Origin: Lachnospirales bacterium
GTDB lineage: Bacteria > Bacillota > Clostridia > Lachnospirales > CAMZNU01
Reading direction: 5' to 3'
Length of the DNA stretch: 61,501 nucleotides
NCBI GenBank assembly: GCA_047974615.1
Contig: JBKECM010000159.1
Span: 1 to 61,501, forward strand
Made by a program: the position numbers and the translations under genes
The notes under the pieces: model-generated
Told to the model about the DNA's origin: nothing
Databases searched by the model: none
The model's input: only the letters and a program-made list of their open reading frames with translations
Part shown: positions 30,577 through 41,305 of the stretch, one piece after another
Layout: every line of letters begins with the position of its first letter
How positions within the stretch are numbered: the stretch's first letter is position 1

Positions 30577-30885
30577 TTATTTATCTTTCTTATTTAAGTA
30601 GTCGCTATCGCTTTTTGTCAAATGCACTTCTTTCATTGCAAGTTTGTAAACACCAATAAAAGCAGATAGTATACCTATAATTATAAAAGCAACTTTAAAT
30701 ATATATTTAGTATTCAATAAGTTATCAAGTAGAACACCTGCATAAAAACATAAAAAAATACAAATCAAAACATAAAGTCCAATTTGAGTAATTAGATAAA
30801 AAGCTGCTAAATGATTTTTATTATGCTTTTTAGAAATTTTTGAAAGATTAAACTCTTTATTTTTATCATTATCTTTATCGTTCAT
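30577..30885 (-). CDS. AtpZ/AtpI-family small membrane protein
   Basis: Two TM helices, first gene of the atp operon; its size and topology fit AtpZ. Confidence 0.6.
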   Translation of the reverse strand: MNDKDNDKNKEFNLSKISKKHNKNHLAAFYLITQIGLYVLICIFLCFYAGVLLDNLLNTKYIFKVAFIIIGILSAFIGVYKLAMKEVHLTKSDSDYLNKKDK

Positions 30886-31280
30886 AAACCCTCAAAATTA
30901 AACTTAAATAACTTAACTTCACAATTTCATTATATTTTCATCATATATTACACATATATTATACAAAGTTTCCCATAAAAAGTCTATAGTTTTGGTGTAA
31001 TAATTTGATACAAATTAATATTTTATTAAAAAAAAATTTCAGCACTTTTTTTACAAAATATTACATTAACATTTTTTTAACATAATAAAATACTTTTTTA
31101 TATAAATCTATCTTACTATTATAACAAACTTTAATAAATAATTAAAGTACTTTTTTAAAATTTTTATATTTTGTTAAAAAAATACTATTATTTTTTATAT
31201 AGAGGTGTAAAAAAATATATTTTTATAGTATATTTTGTAAAAGTATGATATAATATTGTAGAATTTTAGAAGGAGGTAAT

Positions 31281-32501
31281 ATGTTTAATTTTATTAAAAT
31301 AACAATACTTACAGTTATAGTATGTTTAACAGTTATAACTATAGGTTTTTTCGCCTATGACAAATTATTTTCTGTTGAAAATGAAAATAGTATAATTAAT
31401 AATATATTTACAGAAGATCCAGAAGAAGAAGGTAGAAATATAAACGCATTAATAGTTGGTATAGATGAACTAGGAATACATACAGACACTATCATACTAG
31501 CAAATTTTGACACAAAAGAAAATTATATTGACCTTGTTAGTATACCAAGAGATTTTAAAATCCATACTAGTGATGAGATAGCAAGCAACTTATCTAATGC
31601 ACCACGTGATATGAAGATAACAGAGCTTTACGCTTACTCTGGCAAAGAACATGGTATGGAATATTTGCAAGAAACTGTAGAAGATATATTTCATACAGAA
31701 ATTGATTTTTATATAAAAATAGAACTTGAAGCTTTTAGATATTTAGTTGATGAAATGGGTGGAGTATACTTTGATGTACCTATGAATATGGTATATAGTG
31801 ACCCTTACCAAGATTTATACATTAATATAGAAGAAGGTTACCAACTTTTAGATGGTAATCAAGCAGAACAAGTTATACGTTTTAGAAAAGGTTATGCAAA
31901 CGCAGACTTAGGCAGGATTGAAGTCCAACAAGACTTTTTAAAAGCAATTATTAGTCAACTTATCACTTCTGATGATAAAGTAAATACAATAACATCTTTA
32001 GCTAAAACAGGACTAAAATATACGGAAAATAATATATCACTTGATGATATTACTAGTAATCTTAAATATCTGGACAATATTTCAACAGATAAAATTCGTA
32101 CCTTTACTTTACCAGTGGAAAATGCATATATAAATGGTGTAAGTTATGTTGTTTTAAAAGAAGATGAATATTACACTATGCTTGATGAACTTTTCTATAT
32201 AAGTGACGGAACAGAACCAGCAGAGGAAACACTTGTACCGAGTAACTCTTTAACAGTTTCTGTACTTAACGGTAGTGAACAAGACGGAAAAGCTGCTGAA
32301 ATAGAAACTCTTTTAGAAAATAATGGTATCCCTGTTGAAAACATAGGCAACTATTCTGATGAAACAACAGAGTATACAAGAATTTTTGTAAAAGATAGAT
32401 TATACGGCACAGACTTACTCGATTTTTTCAAAAACCCTGAAATAATAGTAAATCATGACCAAGAATATGATATAGAAATTGTCGTAGGAAAAGAAGATTA
32501 A
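31281..32501 (+). CDS. LytR-CpsA-Psr (LCP) family cell-wall polymer ligase with a C-terminal LytR_C domain
   Basis: N-terminal TM, INALIVGID...HTDTIILANF...LVSIPRD, and a C-terminal VSVLNGSEQDGKAA. Confidence 0.85.
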   Translation: MFNFIKITILTVIVCLTVITIGFFAYDKLFSVENENSIINNIFTEDPEEEGRNINALIVGIDELGIHTDTIILANFDTKENYIDLVSIPRDFKIHTSDEIASNLSNAPRDMKITELYAYSGKEHGMEYLQETVEDIFHTEIDFYIKIELEAFRYLVDEMGGVYFDVPMNMVYSDPYQDLYINIEEGYQLLDGNQAEQVIRFRKGYANADLGRIEVQQDFLKAIISQLITSDDKVNTITSLAKTGLKYTENNISLDDITSNLKYLDNISTDKIRTFTLPVENAYINGVSYVVLKEDEYYTMLDELFYISDGTEPAEETLVPSNSLTVSVLNGSEQDGKAAEIETLLENNGIPVENIGNYSDETTEYTRIFVKDRLYGTDLLDFFKNPEIIVNHDQEYDIEIVVGKED

Positions 32502-32533
32502 TGTAATAAAATATAAAAAAAAGTAAAAAATAA

Positions 32534-32562
32534 TTTACAAACAGCAAAATATGTTGTAAAAT
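32534..32562 (+). promoter_or_regulatory. Candidate sigma-A promoter (TTTACA-17-TAAAAT) for the SEC-C / sua5 / rpiB / upp gene string
   Basis: TTTACA at 32534-32539, a 17-nt spacer, and TAAAAT at 32557-32562. Confidence 0.45.
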
Positions 32563-32609
32563 TAATAGAATACTAATTTAAACTAAAACTTTTTGGAGGA
32601 AACTTTCAA

Positions 32610-33107
32610 ATGAAATTATATGAAAAATGGTTAATGCAAGCTTATACAAAAGAAGGAAATAGTATCCCAGCTTATTGGAACTTATATATGCCTTCTGAAC
32701 AAAAAATTTATGAAAAAATGCTTAGCACAAAAAATAGCAAAATAACTGGTACAATAAAAGAGCTTTCAACTGAATTTAAAATGAAACCTGAACAATATGT
32801 TGGTTTTATTGACGGTTTATCTGATGTACTTGATAAAGAAATTGACTTAATGGAACTTACAGAAGATAGCGAAATTAATGTGTCTTTTGACTTTGAAGAA
32901 TTATTTAAAAAAATGGTAGAATATAAAGCAGAGCATTTATACAACTTACCACAATGGACTAATGTTTTTACAAAGGAAGAACTTAATAAGTTTTACAAAG
33001 AGCAAAAAATTTCAAGAACAGTTAAAAAAGAAAATAAAGTTGGCAGAAATGATTTATGCACTTGTGGTAGTGGTAAAAAGTACAAAAAATGTTGTGGAGC
33101 TAAATAG
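32610..33107 (+). CDS. SEC-C metal-binding-motif protein
   Basis: C-terminal [18 protein letters not shown]. Its stop overlaps the GTG start of sua5 (TAGTG). Confidence 0.75.
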   Translation: MKLYEKWLMQAYTKEGNSIPAYWNLYMPSEQKIYEKMLSTKNSKITGTIKELSTEFKMKPEQYVGFIDGLSDVLDKEIDLMELTEDSEINVSFDFEELFKKMVEYKAEHLYNLPQWTNVFTKEELNKFYKEQKISRTVKKENKVGRNDLCTCGSGKKYKKCCGAK

Positions 33108-34165
33108 TGCAAACTAAAGTTATTCAAATCAACAAGGAAAATCCTTCCTTTGAAAATGTTGATACAGAAGAAATTATAAAGGCAATACAAAAAGGCGACC
33201 TCGTTGGTTGTCCTACAGAAACAGTTTATGGTCTTTGTGCAAACGCTCTTGACGATGAAGCTGTTAAAAAAATATATGTAGCAAAGGGTCGTCCTTCCGA
33301 TAACCCTTTAATACTTCATATATGCGATTATGATATGCTTGTATCTTTAGTTACAAATATACCAGAAAACGCAAAAAAACTAGTGGACAGTTTATGGCCG
33401 GGACCTTTAACTATTATTTTAAACAAAAAAGATTTTATACCCTATTCTACAACTGGTGGCTTAGACACAGTTGCAATACGTATGCCAAATAACAATATTA
33501 TGCTTAACTTAATAAAAACTTGTGGCTTACCCTTAGCAGCACCATCTGCAAATTTATCTGGAAAACCGAGTCCAACTTCAGCAAACCACGTTTATGAAGA
33601 TTTACAAGGTATAATTCCTTATATAATAGACGGTGGAGATTGTGATTATGGTGTAGAAAGTACGATTGTAGACTTTACTGTAACACCACCTATGGTTTTA
33701 AGACCGGGTAGCATAACTATTCCTATGTTAGAAAAAATCATCGGTGAAGTTGATATTGATAAAAGCCTAATCGACTTTGCTTTTAATACTTCAACACCAA
33801 AAGCACCGGGTATGAAATATAAACACTATTCACCTTTATGCAAAGTAACTATTGTACAAGGAATTCCTTCAAATGTTACAAGCAAAATTATAAACCTAGC
33901 ACAAAGTTCTAACAAAACCGTTGGTATACTTTGTACAAATGAAAAAGAAAGATTTTATGACAGTTTAAGTAACGTAAAAGTTTTTACTTTAGGTTCAAGT
34001 ACCGATTTAAAAACTATAACAAAAAGTCTTTTTAAAACTTTAAGGTTGTTAGATGAATATAAAATAGAAATAGCTTATTGCGAAGGTTTTTCATACGATG
34101 ATGAAGGACTAGCTATTATGAACAGACTTATTAAAGCAAGTGGACATAATATTATAGAAGTATGA
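33107..34165 (+). CDS. tsaC: L-threonylcarbamoyladenylate synthase, long form (TsaC plus Sua5 domain; YwlC-like)
   Basis: GDLVGCPTETVYGLCANA, KGRPSDNPLILH, SANLSGKPSPTS and a Sua5 C-terminal domain. Confidence 0.9.
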   Translation: MQTKVIQINKENPSFENVDTEEIIKAIQKGDLVGCPTETVYGLCANALDDEAVKKIYVAKGRPSDNPLILHICDYDMLVSLVTNIPENAKKLVDSLWPGPLTIILNKKDFIPYSTTGGLDTVAIRMPNNNIMLNLIKTCGLPLAAPSANLSGKPSPTSANHVYEDLQGIIPYIIDGGDCDYGVESTIVDFTVTPPMVLRPGSITIPMLEKIIGEVDIDKSLIDFAFNTSTPKAPGMKYKHYSPLCKVTIVQGIPSNVTSKIINLAQSSNKTVGILCTNEKERFYDSLSNVKVFTLGSSTDLKTITKSLFKTLRLLDEYKIEIAYCEGFSYDDEGLAIMNRLIKASGHNIIEV

Positions 34166-34173
34166 GGTTAAAT

Positions 34174-34605
34174 ATGGTTATAAGTATAGGCTCAGACCAT
34201 GGTGGATATGACTTAAAAGAAAGTATAAAAACCCACTTAAATTCTAAAGGGATAACAGTATTGGATTTTGGAACAAAGGATAAAAGCCCTTGTGACTACC
34301 CTGATATTGCTAAAGTCGTGGCAAAATCAATAGTTACAAAAGAGGCTGATTTTGGTGTGTTAATATGTGGTACTGGTATAGGTATTAGTATCGCTGCAAA
34401 TAAGGTAAAAGGCATACGTGCAAGTTTAGTCCATGATGTGTTTTCTGCAAAGGCAACACGTGAGCATAATGATGCAAACATACTTTGTATGGGTGCAAGA
34501 GTTATAGGCGAAGGTTTAGCCTTAGAAATCCTTGATAACTTCTTAAAAACAGAGTTTTCAAAGGACAAGCGTCATATTGATAGAATTAACAAAATTGAAG
34601 ATTAG
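34174..34605 (+). CDS. rpiB: Ribose-5-phosphate isomerase B
   Basis: ISIGSDHGGYDLK...ICGTGIGISIAANK. The ATG at 34174 has a GAGG SD; an alternative ATG at 34162 overlaps the sua5 stop. Confidence 0.9.
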   Translation: MVISIGSDHGGYDLKESIKTHLNSKGITVLDFGTKDKSPCDYPDIAKVVAKSIVTKEADFGVLICGTGIGISIAANKVKGIRASLVHDVFSAKATREHNDANILCMGARVIGEGLALEILDNFLKTEFSKDKRHIDRINKIED

Positions 34606-34626
34606 TTATTAAAAGGAGGAGAAGTT

Positions 34627-35259
34627 ATGTCAAAACTTCATATTATCGATCACCCACTAATAAAGCATAAAGTAGCAATGCTTAGAAACAATGAAACAGG
34701 CTTCAAGGAATTTCGTGAAGTAGTTGAGGAAATTGCAACTTTGCTTTGTTATGAAGCTACTCGTGATATTGAACTATCTAAGAAAAATATTAGTACACCA
34801 AATGGTGATTTTACTGTAGAAATGTTAGATGATGACATAACTTTTGGTATAGTGCCTGTTTTGCGTGCTGGAATAGGTATGGTTAATGGTATGCATAACC
34901 TTTTACCGACTGCAAAAGTTGGTCATATTGGTTTATATCGTGACCCTGAAACATTAGAACCACACGAATACTATTGCAAACTACCTGTTGACTGTGAAAA
35001 AAGAAAAGTTTTTTTAATTGACCCTATGCTTGCAACAGGTGGAACAGCTGTAATGTCAATAGACGCTCTTAAAAAAAGAGGCGTAACAGATATTAAGTTT
35101 TTATGTTTAATTTCATGCCCAGAAGGTGTAAAAAAGCTTCAAGAAGTACACCCTGACGTAGAGATATATACTGCATCACACGATAGTCACCTAAACGAGC
35201 ATGGTTATATTATACCGGGTTTAGGCGATGCAGGAGATAGACTTTTCGGTACAAAGTAG
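34627..35259 (+). CDS. upp: Uracil phosphoribosyltransferase
   Basis: [15 protein letters not shown] and the PRPP motif [12 protein letters not shown]. Confidence 0.95.
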   Translation: MSKLHIIDHPLIKHKVAMLRNNETGFKEFREVVEEIATLLCYEATRDIELSKKNISTPNGDFTVEMLDDDITFGIVPVLRAGIGMVNGMHNLLPTAKVGHIGLYRDPETLEPHEYYCKLPVDCEKRKVFLIDPMLATGGTAVMSIDALKKRGVTDIKFLCLISCPEGVKKLQEVHPDVEIYTASHDSHLNEHGYIIPGLGDAGDRLFGTK

Positions 35260-35272
35260 GAGGCAATTTTTT

Positions 35273-36412
35273 ATGAAGGAAGAATTTTTAATATATCTTC
35301 TACCTTTTTTCATAGCTTTTAGTGTTTCTTTGTTACTGACACCTTATACTAAAACCTTATCGAAAAAATTTAAAGTACTAGCAGTGCCAAATGAACGTTC
35401 AATGCATTCTGAACCAAAGGGACTTTTAGGTGGTGTTGCCATCTTTTTGGGCTTTAACGCAGGTGTATCACTACTATTCTTTTATGTACCAAATGCAGCA
35501 GAGCTAAATACTGCTGAATTTTATAAAGAGTTCATAGGTTTTCTTATAGGTGGCTTAGTTATATTCATTGTAGGTATAATAGACGATAAATACACATTAA
35601 AAGCAAGAGTAAAACTTTTGTTCCAAATATTAGTAGCTCTTATAGTTATTTTATCCGGAATAACTATAGATCTTATACAATATCCAATTTCTTTTGAAAC
35701 ACAATGGTTAAACAGTGCAATTACCCTAGTTTGGATAGTGGGTATTATAAATGCAGTAAATATAATTGATGGTATAGACGGTTTAGCAGCAGGCGTTTCA
35801 GCTATAAGTGCCTTCTTTATGATGATATTATGTATGTTAAGTGGCTCTACTATATCCGTAGTTTTTGCTGCCTCTTTAGCCGGTAGTTGCTTAGGCTTTT
35901 TACCTAGAAACTTTTACCCATCAGAAATATTTATGGGCGATACAGGCGCTATGTTTTTAGGCTATGTTTTATCAGTTTCATCAATATTAGGTGTTTTTAA
36001 AGGTTATGCCTTACTTTCAATAGTTATAAGCGTTTTAGTTTTAGCTTTTCCTATATTTGACGTAGGCTTTGCTATGTTAAGACGTGCTTTAGCAGGTAAG
36101 CCTATTATGTCTGCAGATAGAGGCCATCTACACCACAGAATATATGACGCAGGCTTTAGTGAGCGTAAAACCGTTATGATACTTTACTTAATATCATTTA
36201 TATGTGCCTTACTTGCAGTTATTATAGCCCTAAAAGATGTACGAGCTGTTATTATAACTGTTATGTTTATAATAGTGCTTTTCTCTATGACGATTTCATA
36301 TAGAGTAAAACATATACAAAAAAAACATAAAAAGGCCGAAGAAGAATTAAATAAAACGGTTGTTACAGAAGAAACTACAACTGAGTTTTCAGAAAACGAA
36401 GAAGAGAATTAA
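35273..36412 (+). CDS. Glycosyltransferase family 4 (MraY/WecA/TagO-like undecaprenyl-phosphate sugar-phosphate transferase)
   Basis: NAVNIIDGIDGLAAG and MGDTGAMFLG motifs. The ATG at 35273 is preceded by AGGAGG. Confidence 0.8.
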   Translation: MKEEFLIYLLPFFIAFSVSLLLTPYTKTLSKKFKVLAVPNERSMHSEPKGLLGGVAIFLGFNAGVSLLFFYVPNAAELNTAEFYKEFIGFLIGGLVIFIVGIIDDKYTLKARVKLLFQILVALIVILSGITIDLIQYPISFETQWLNSAITLVWIVGIINAVNIIDGIDGLAAGVSAISAFFMMILCMLSGSTISVVFAASLAGSCLGFLPRNFYPSEIFMGDTGAMFLGYVLSVSSILGVFKGYALLSIVISVLVLAFPIFDVGFAMLRRALAGKPIMSADRGHLHHRIYDAGFSERKTVMILYLISFICALLAVIIALKDVRAVIITVMFIIVLFSMTISYRVKHIQKKHKKAEEELNKTVVTEETTTEFSENEEEN

Positions 36413-36421
36413 TTTAATAAA

Positions 36422-36450
36422 ATATAAATTTAAGCTTAAGTTTATATTTT
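36422..36450 (+). terminator. Weak, all-A/T hairpin plus T-run after the GT4 gene
   Basis: atataaattta agct taagtttatat followed by ttttt. Predicted stability is low. Confidence 0.3.
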
Positions 36451-36462
36451 TTATGTCGATAT
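36437..36462 (+). promoter_or_regulatory. Candidate sigma-D/FliA (sigma-28)-type promoter for the yjfB-like gene
   Basis: TAAG-N15-TCGATAT against the remembered consensus TAAA-N15-(G)CCGATAT. Confidence 0.35.
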
Positions 36463-36514
36463 AGAAATATACTATATATTTTTTAAAAATTATTTATGAA
36501 AGGTTGTGAGTACA

Positions 36515-36694
36515 ATGGATATAGCATCTTTATCAATGGCAGTGTCACAGGTTAATATAAGCCAACAGGCTAGCATATCTGTACTAAAAAACGCAATGGA
36601 TACAGCAGTACAACAATCAGGAGAGCTTATGGAGATGATGGAAACAGTTTCTGTCGACCCTAACTCTGCTGGACTTCTTGATGTTGCTGTATAG
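36515..36694 (+). CDS. YjfB-family small protein (putative motility protein)
   Basis: MDIASLSMAVSQVNISQQASISVLKNAMDTAVQQSGELMEMM matches the YjfB_motility pattern. An alternative GTG start is at 36506. Confidence 0.6.
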   Translation: MDIASLSMAVSQVNISQQASISVLKNAMDTAVQQSGELMEMMETVSVDPNSAGLLDVAV

Positions 36695-36715
36695 AAGTTT
36701 TTTGTATAATTTTTG

Positions 36716-36742
36716 CCACTAGCCCTTGGTTAGTGGTTTTTT
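36716..36742 (+). terminator. Intrinsic terminator after the yjfB-like gene
   Basis: ccactagcc ctt ggttagtgg followed by tttttt. Confidence 0.6.
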
Positions 36743-36837
36743 GTGTTTTGGCAACTTTGCAATTGTCAAAGCTACAAAACAACTATAATTTAACCTCGAT
36801 ACATAGAAGGTTACATATTTAATTTTTGGAGGACTAT

Positions 36838-38103
36838 ATGGAAAAGAATTTATATAAAACAGAAGAAAAAAAAGAACGTGCTATTATTGTAGCCGTAGAT
36901 TTTGGTAAAGGTATACTAAGTACTGATGTATCCTTAGATGAACTAGCAGAACTAGTAAAAACAGTAGGTGGTGATGTTGTAACACGAGTTACACAAAACC
37001 TTGATAAACCTCACGTTAAACATTACTTAGGTAAAGGTAAGCTTGAGGAACTACGTGAAATGATTGAAGATTTAGATATAGACGTTGTTGTTTGTGATGA
37101 CGAATTAACTTCAGTACAAAATAAAAATATGGCAAAAGAACTTGGTATAAAAGTTCTTGATAGAACAGGTATAATTTTAGAAATATTTGCAAATCGTGCA
37201 AGTAGTAACGAAGGAAAAATACAAGTTGAGCTTGCCCTTTTAAGATATAAAAAATCACGTATGCTAGGACAAGGTATTGATATGTCACGACAAGGTGGTG
37301 GTATCGGAACAAGAGGACTAGGTGAAAAAAAACTTGAGCTTGATCGCCGTAACATAAACGATAAAATAGCTGCTTTAAACGAAGAACTTAAAGAAATAGA
37401 AAAACATAGAGAAGTTTTAAGATATCAACGTAAAAGAAACAATAACATAGTAGTATCTCTTGTAGGCTATACAAATGCAGGAAAATCCTCTATATTAAAT
37501 CTTTTAAGTGACTCAAATATTTTAGCAGAAGATATGCTTTTTGCGACCTTAGATACAACTGCAAGAAATGTAACTTTACCTAATAATAGTAAAATTATTT
37601 TAATGGATACAGTAGGCTTTATACAAAAACTACCTACTGCCTTAATAAAGGCATTTCGCTCTACTTTAGAGGAATTGAAGCATGCTGATGTGCTACTTCA
37701 CATTGTTGATGGTAGTAGTAAATCACGTGATGAGCATATATACATTGTGGAAAAAACCTTAAAAGATATCGGTGTAAGCGATAAACCTGTTATTTTGGTA
37801 TATAATAAAAGCGATAAAGGTTTAGAATATCCTTTAGTTAATAACGGTAATTATTTTGATATCGTAGAAATAAGTGCAAAAGAAAAAACAAATATTGATG
37901 AATTAAAAAATATTATAGAAACGGTTTTACAAACCTTTAGAAAAAGTTTAGAAATCTTAGTACCCTTTTCAAAAGGTGCTATTTTAACGGATATTCATAA
38001 GTTTTGTGAAATAGTAGAAGAAGAATATACAGAAGAAGGAACACGTTTCCTTTTATACTGTGATGACCGAATGATAAACAAATTAAAAGAATTTGAACTG
38101 TAA
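36838..38103 (+). CDS. hflX: GTPase HflX
   Basis: HflX N-domain followed by GYTNAGKSSILN (G1), DTVGF (G3) and NKSD (G4). The ATG at 36838 follows GGAGGA. Confidence 0.9.
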   Translation: MEKNLYKTEEKKERAIIVAVDFGKGILSTDVSLDELAELVKTVGGDVVTRVTQNLDKPHVKHYLGKGKLEELREMIEDLDIDVVVCDDELTSVQNKNMAKELGIKVLDRTGIILEIFANRASSNEGKIQVELALLRYKKSRMLGQGIDMSRQGGGIGTRGLGEKKLELDRRNINDKIAALNEELKEIEKHREVLRYQRKRNNNIVVSLVGYTNAGKSSILNLLSDSNILAEDMLFATLDTTARNVTLPNNSKIILMDTVGFIQKLPTALIKAFRSTLEELKHADVLLHIVDGSSKSRDEHIYIVEKTLKDIGVSDKPVILVYNKSDKGLEYPLVNNGNYFDIVEISAKEKTNIDELKNIIETVLQTFRKSLEILVPFSKGAILTDIHKFCEIVEEEYTEEGTRFLLYCDDRMINKLKEFEL

Positions 38104-38218
38104 ATTTATAAAATAATTTAAATTAAATTATAAATTTAAAAGGGTTTTTGTTTTTTTTGTCTAATATATAAATATAAAATGTGTGTCGAAACCCTATTTT
38201 TTTATGGAAAGTGATAAA

Positions 38219-39952
38219 ATGCGTATAAAACAAGAAGTTATAGATAATATTCGAGAGTCTACCGACATAGTTTCACTTATATCTTCATACGTGGACTTAA
38301 AAGGAAGTGGTAATCGTTATACGGGGCTATGCCCTTTTCATAAAGAGTCTACCCCTTCTTTCCATGTTTCTTCTGATAAACAGTTATATCATTGTTTTGG
38401 TTGTGGTGCTTCTGGAAATTCCATTTCTTTTTTGATGCAAATCGAAAACTATGACTTTCTTGATGCAGTAAAACATTTAGCAGAACTTAATAATATTACT
38501 ATCGAAGCTTCAAGTGAAGACTATGAAAAGAAAAAAAGAGAAAAAGAACTTCTTATAGAAATTAATACAAAGGCTGCAAGATTTTTTTATAAAAACTTGC
38601 ATAGTGATGAAGGTATAGACGCCTTAGAATATGTAACTGCCCGTAACATAGATGTTTCTATGCAAACAAAGTTTGGACTTGGCTATGCTACAAATAGTTT
38701 TACAGATTTATATGATTTTTTAAAAAAAGAAGGATATAATGATGAAATTATAGGTATAAGTGGACTTGTAACTCAAAAAAATGGTAAAACTTATGATAAA
38801 TTTATAAATCGCATTATGTTTCCTATTTTTGACGTTTATGGAAAAGTTGTTGCTTTTGGGGGCAGAATACTTGGAGAAGGTATGCCAAAATACTTAAACT
38901 CACCAGAAACACTTATTTTTAACAAGAGCAAAATTTTGTATAACTTAAACTATGCAAAAAATGAAAAAGGTAGAAGTTTAATTTTAGTTGAAGGCTATAT
39001 GGACGCACTTATGTTATATCAATGGGGGATAAAAAATGTAGTAGCTGCCCTTGGAACAGCTTTTAACGAAAACCACGTTGCAACCTTAAAAAAATATTGC
39101 GACAAAGTTTATTTGCTTTTCGATAATGATGAGGCAGGTTTAAAAGCAGTAGATAGAGCAATCCCTTTTATAATTGACAAAGGCTTAAAGGTTCGTATTG
39201 TAAAACTATATGGAGCAAAAGACCCTGACGAATTTATAAAAAAATATGGACGTGAAAAATTTATAGAATGTGTAAAAACTTCAATAGACAACATTGAGTT
39301 TAAAATCGAAGAGTTAAACAAAAAATTCAATCTACAAGAAACTGCTGAAAAACTTGAATTTATTGAAGAAGCTATAAAGCTTTTAAACACACTAAATAAC
39401 GATATAGAACGAAAAGTATATATAGATAAAATTTCCAGTGTAACAGGTATAGAAAAAGAGTTAATCCAAAAGGAATTAAAAATAGATGATAACTATAGTG
39501 ACTCCTTAAAGAAAAAGCTTTATATAAGAAACTCTGTGTCCTTAGATTTGCCAAAGAACGTTCTATTATCCATAGTAGATATCGCAAACTTTTTGGTTTA
39601 TGATAAACACTTGGCTTTAAAGATAGCTAACAAGCTTGACCTTGAATATATATTAGACGAAGATTTTAAAAAACTTTTTAAAATCATTTATGAAAAAAAT
39701 AGTAATAGCATAGATTTTACTATAGATAGTTTAGTAGACTATTTTGAAACAGTAGAAGCAAAAAATAAAATTGGTAAAATTTTTATGACTTTTTACGACT
39801 ATGAAGAAAGCATAACTAGTAAAATAATTAGTGAATCTGTTAAAACAGTAATTATGCATTATATAGATGTGAAAAGCAGTAATTGTACAGACATAAACGA
39901 AGTTGTAAAACTAAATGAGTTGCGAAAAAATACTAAGGATTTATGTTTATAG
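38219..39952 (+). CDS. dnaG: DNA primase
   Basis: Zinc finger CPFHKESTPSFHV...CFGCGASGN and TOPRIM motifs EGYMD and DNDEAG. The start is uncertain (38183 GTG, 38204 ATG or 38219 ATG). Confidence 0.9.
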   Translation: MRIKQEVIDNIRESTDIVSLISSYVDLKGSGNRYTGLCPFHKESTPSFHVSSDKQLYHCFGCGASGNSISFLMQIENYDFLDAVKHLAELNNITIEASSEDYEKKKREKELLIEINTKAARFFYKNLHSDEGIDALEYVTARNIDVSMQTKFGLGYATNSFTDLYDFLKKEGYNDEIIGISGLVTQKNGKTYDKFINRIMFPIFDVYGKVVAFGGRILGEGMPKYLNSPETLIFNKSKILYNLNYAKNEKGRSLILVEGYMDALMLYQWGIKNVVAALGTAFNENHVATLKKYCDKVYLLFDNDEAGLKAVDRAIPFIIDKGLKVRIVKLYGAKDPDEFIKKYGREKFIECVKTSIDNIEFKIEELNKKFNLQETAEKLEFIEEAIKLLNTLNNDIERKVYIDKISSVTGIEKELIQKELKIDDNYSDSLKKKLYIRNSVSLDLPKNVLLSIVDIANFLVYDKHLALKIANKLDLEYILDEDFKKLFKIIYEKNSNSIDFTIDSLVDYFETVEAKNKIGKIFMTFYDYEESITSKIISESVKTVIMHYIDVKSSNCTDINEVVKLNELRKNTKDLCL

Positions 39953-39967
39953 AAAGAAGGACATTTT

Positions 39968-41134
39968 ATGAATAAAAAGAAACAAGACGAATTTATGAAG
40001 AAGTTACAAGATATTAAGGACAAAGCTGTTCAAAATGATAACTCAATAACAGCTGCAGAAATTAAAAACTTTTTCAGCGATAGTGATATGACAATGAGCA
40101 TTTTTTCTAATATTTCAGAATACTTAGAAAACGAAGGTGTCACTATAAAAGATAATATTGATATGCTAGATCTTATTTCTACTTCTGACCCTACAAACGA
40201 TTTAAATGACCTTGATGACCTTGATATGCCTGAAGATGAAATGAAAATGGAAGTCGAACCAGAAATTGATTATGACATTGAGTCCGTAGAAAAAAACTTT
40301 AATATTGATGACCACGTAAGAATGTACTTAAAAGAAATTGGTAAAATCGATTTATTAACAGCAGATGAAGAAAAAGAATTATCGAAACGTATGAAAGAAG
40401 GCGATGATGAAGCACGTAAAAAGCTTATCGAAGCTAACTTACGTCTTGTTATCTCTATCGCAAAAAAATATACAAACCGTGGTATGCACTTTTTAGACTT
40501 AGTACAAGAAGGTAACTTAGGTCTTATTAAAGCTGTTGAAAAATTTGATCCTGATCGTAACTTTAAGTTTTCTACATACGCTACATGGTGGATAAGACAG
40601 GCAATAACACGTTCAATAGCTGACCAAGCAAGAACAATACGTATACCTGTTCATATGGTTGAAACTATAAACAAACTTTTACGTTGTCAAAGACAAAAGC
40701 TACAAGAACTTGGTCGTGATGCTACAGTTGAAGAATTATCTGTAGAAATGGATTTACCTGTGGAAAAGGTACGAGAGATTATGAAAATATCTCAAGAGCC
40801 TACATCTTTAGAAAAGCCTATAGGTGAAGAAGAAGACTCACATCTTGGAGATTTTATCTCAGATAACTTAAATCCAGAACCTTCTGAAGCAGCTGCAACT
40901 ATATTGCTAAACGAACATATTAGAGAAGTCCTTTTAAACGACTTGCAAGAAAGAGAACGTAAAGTTTTAATACTTCGTTTCGGATTAGAAGATGGTCGTG
41001 CTAGAACTTTAGAAGAAGTAGGTAAAGAGTTTAACGTAACAAGAGAAAGAATACGTCAAATCGAAGCAAAAGCTTTACGTAAATTGCGTCACCCAAACAG
41101 AAGCAAAAAACTACGCGATTATTTAGATATGTAA
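39968..41134 (+). CDS. sigA: Primary RNA polymerase sigma factor (sigma-A / RpoD)
   Basis: Acidic region 1, region 2 [12 protein letters not shown], and region 4 [27 protein letters not shown]. Confidence 0.97.
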   Translation: MNKKKQDEFMKKLQDIKDKAVQNDNSITAAEIKNFFSDSDMTMSIFSNISEYLENEGVTIKDNIDMLDLISTSDPTNDLNDLDDLDMPEDEMKMEVEPEIDYDIESVEKNFNIDDHVRMYLKEIGKIDLLTADEEKELSKRMKEGDDEARKKLIEANLRLVISIAKKYTNRGMHFLDLVQEGNLGLIKAVEKFDPDRNFKFSTYATWWIRQAITRSIADQARTIRIPVHMVETINKLLRCQRQKLQELGRDATVEELSVEMDLPVEKVREIMKISQEPTSLEKPIGEEEDSHLGDFISDNLNPEPSEAAATILLNEHIREVLLNDLQERERKVLILRFGLEDGRARTLEEVGKEFNVTRERIRQIEAKALRKLRHPNRSKKLRDYLDM

Positions 41135-41143
41135 TAAGTATTA

Positions 41144-41187
41144 TTCTACCTTTATGAATTAAATAATCGCTTTTTATAAAGGTAGAA
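41144..41187 (+). terminator. Possible terminator after sigA (11-bp stem with a large loop)
   Basis: ttctaccttta ... taaaggtagaa. The loop is about 22 nt, and the T-run (ttttt) lies inside the loop just 5' of the distal arm rather than 3' of the stem. Confidence 0.3.
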
Positions 41188-41305
41188 GTTGAATTTCTTG
41201 TTCAACAATAATACAAAGAAAATAGTGTATTCTGCTATGTTTCTCTTTAACTTTTTTAAAATTCTTAATTTTAAACAACTACAGGGTTATGTGAGGTTTT
41301 AATCT

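Noticed and set aside
30886-31280. Unusually long (395 nt) and extremely AT-rich spacer between the divergent atp operon and the LCP gene, examined for small ORFs, repeats or RNA structure
   Set aside because: It contains only A/T runs and many promoter-like hexamers. I could see no stable hairpins, no repeats and no SD-preceded ORF. It is most simply a divergent promoter region with UP-element-like DNA.
38184-38190. A single TGTCGAA heptamer upstream of or overlapping the dnaG start region, and TGTCGAT at 36454-36460
   Set aside because: Isolated heptamers are expected by chance. The 36454 copy is better explained as the -10 of a sigma-D-type promoter. Only the paired copies at 8154-8180 next to the Spo0A-like gene seemed worth reporting.
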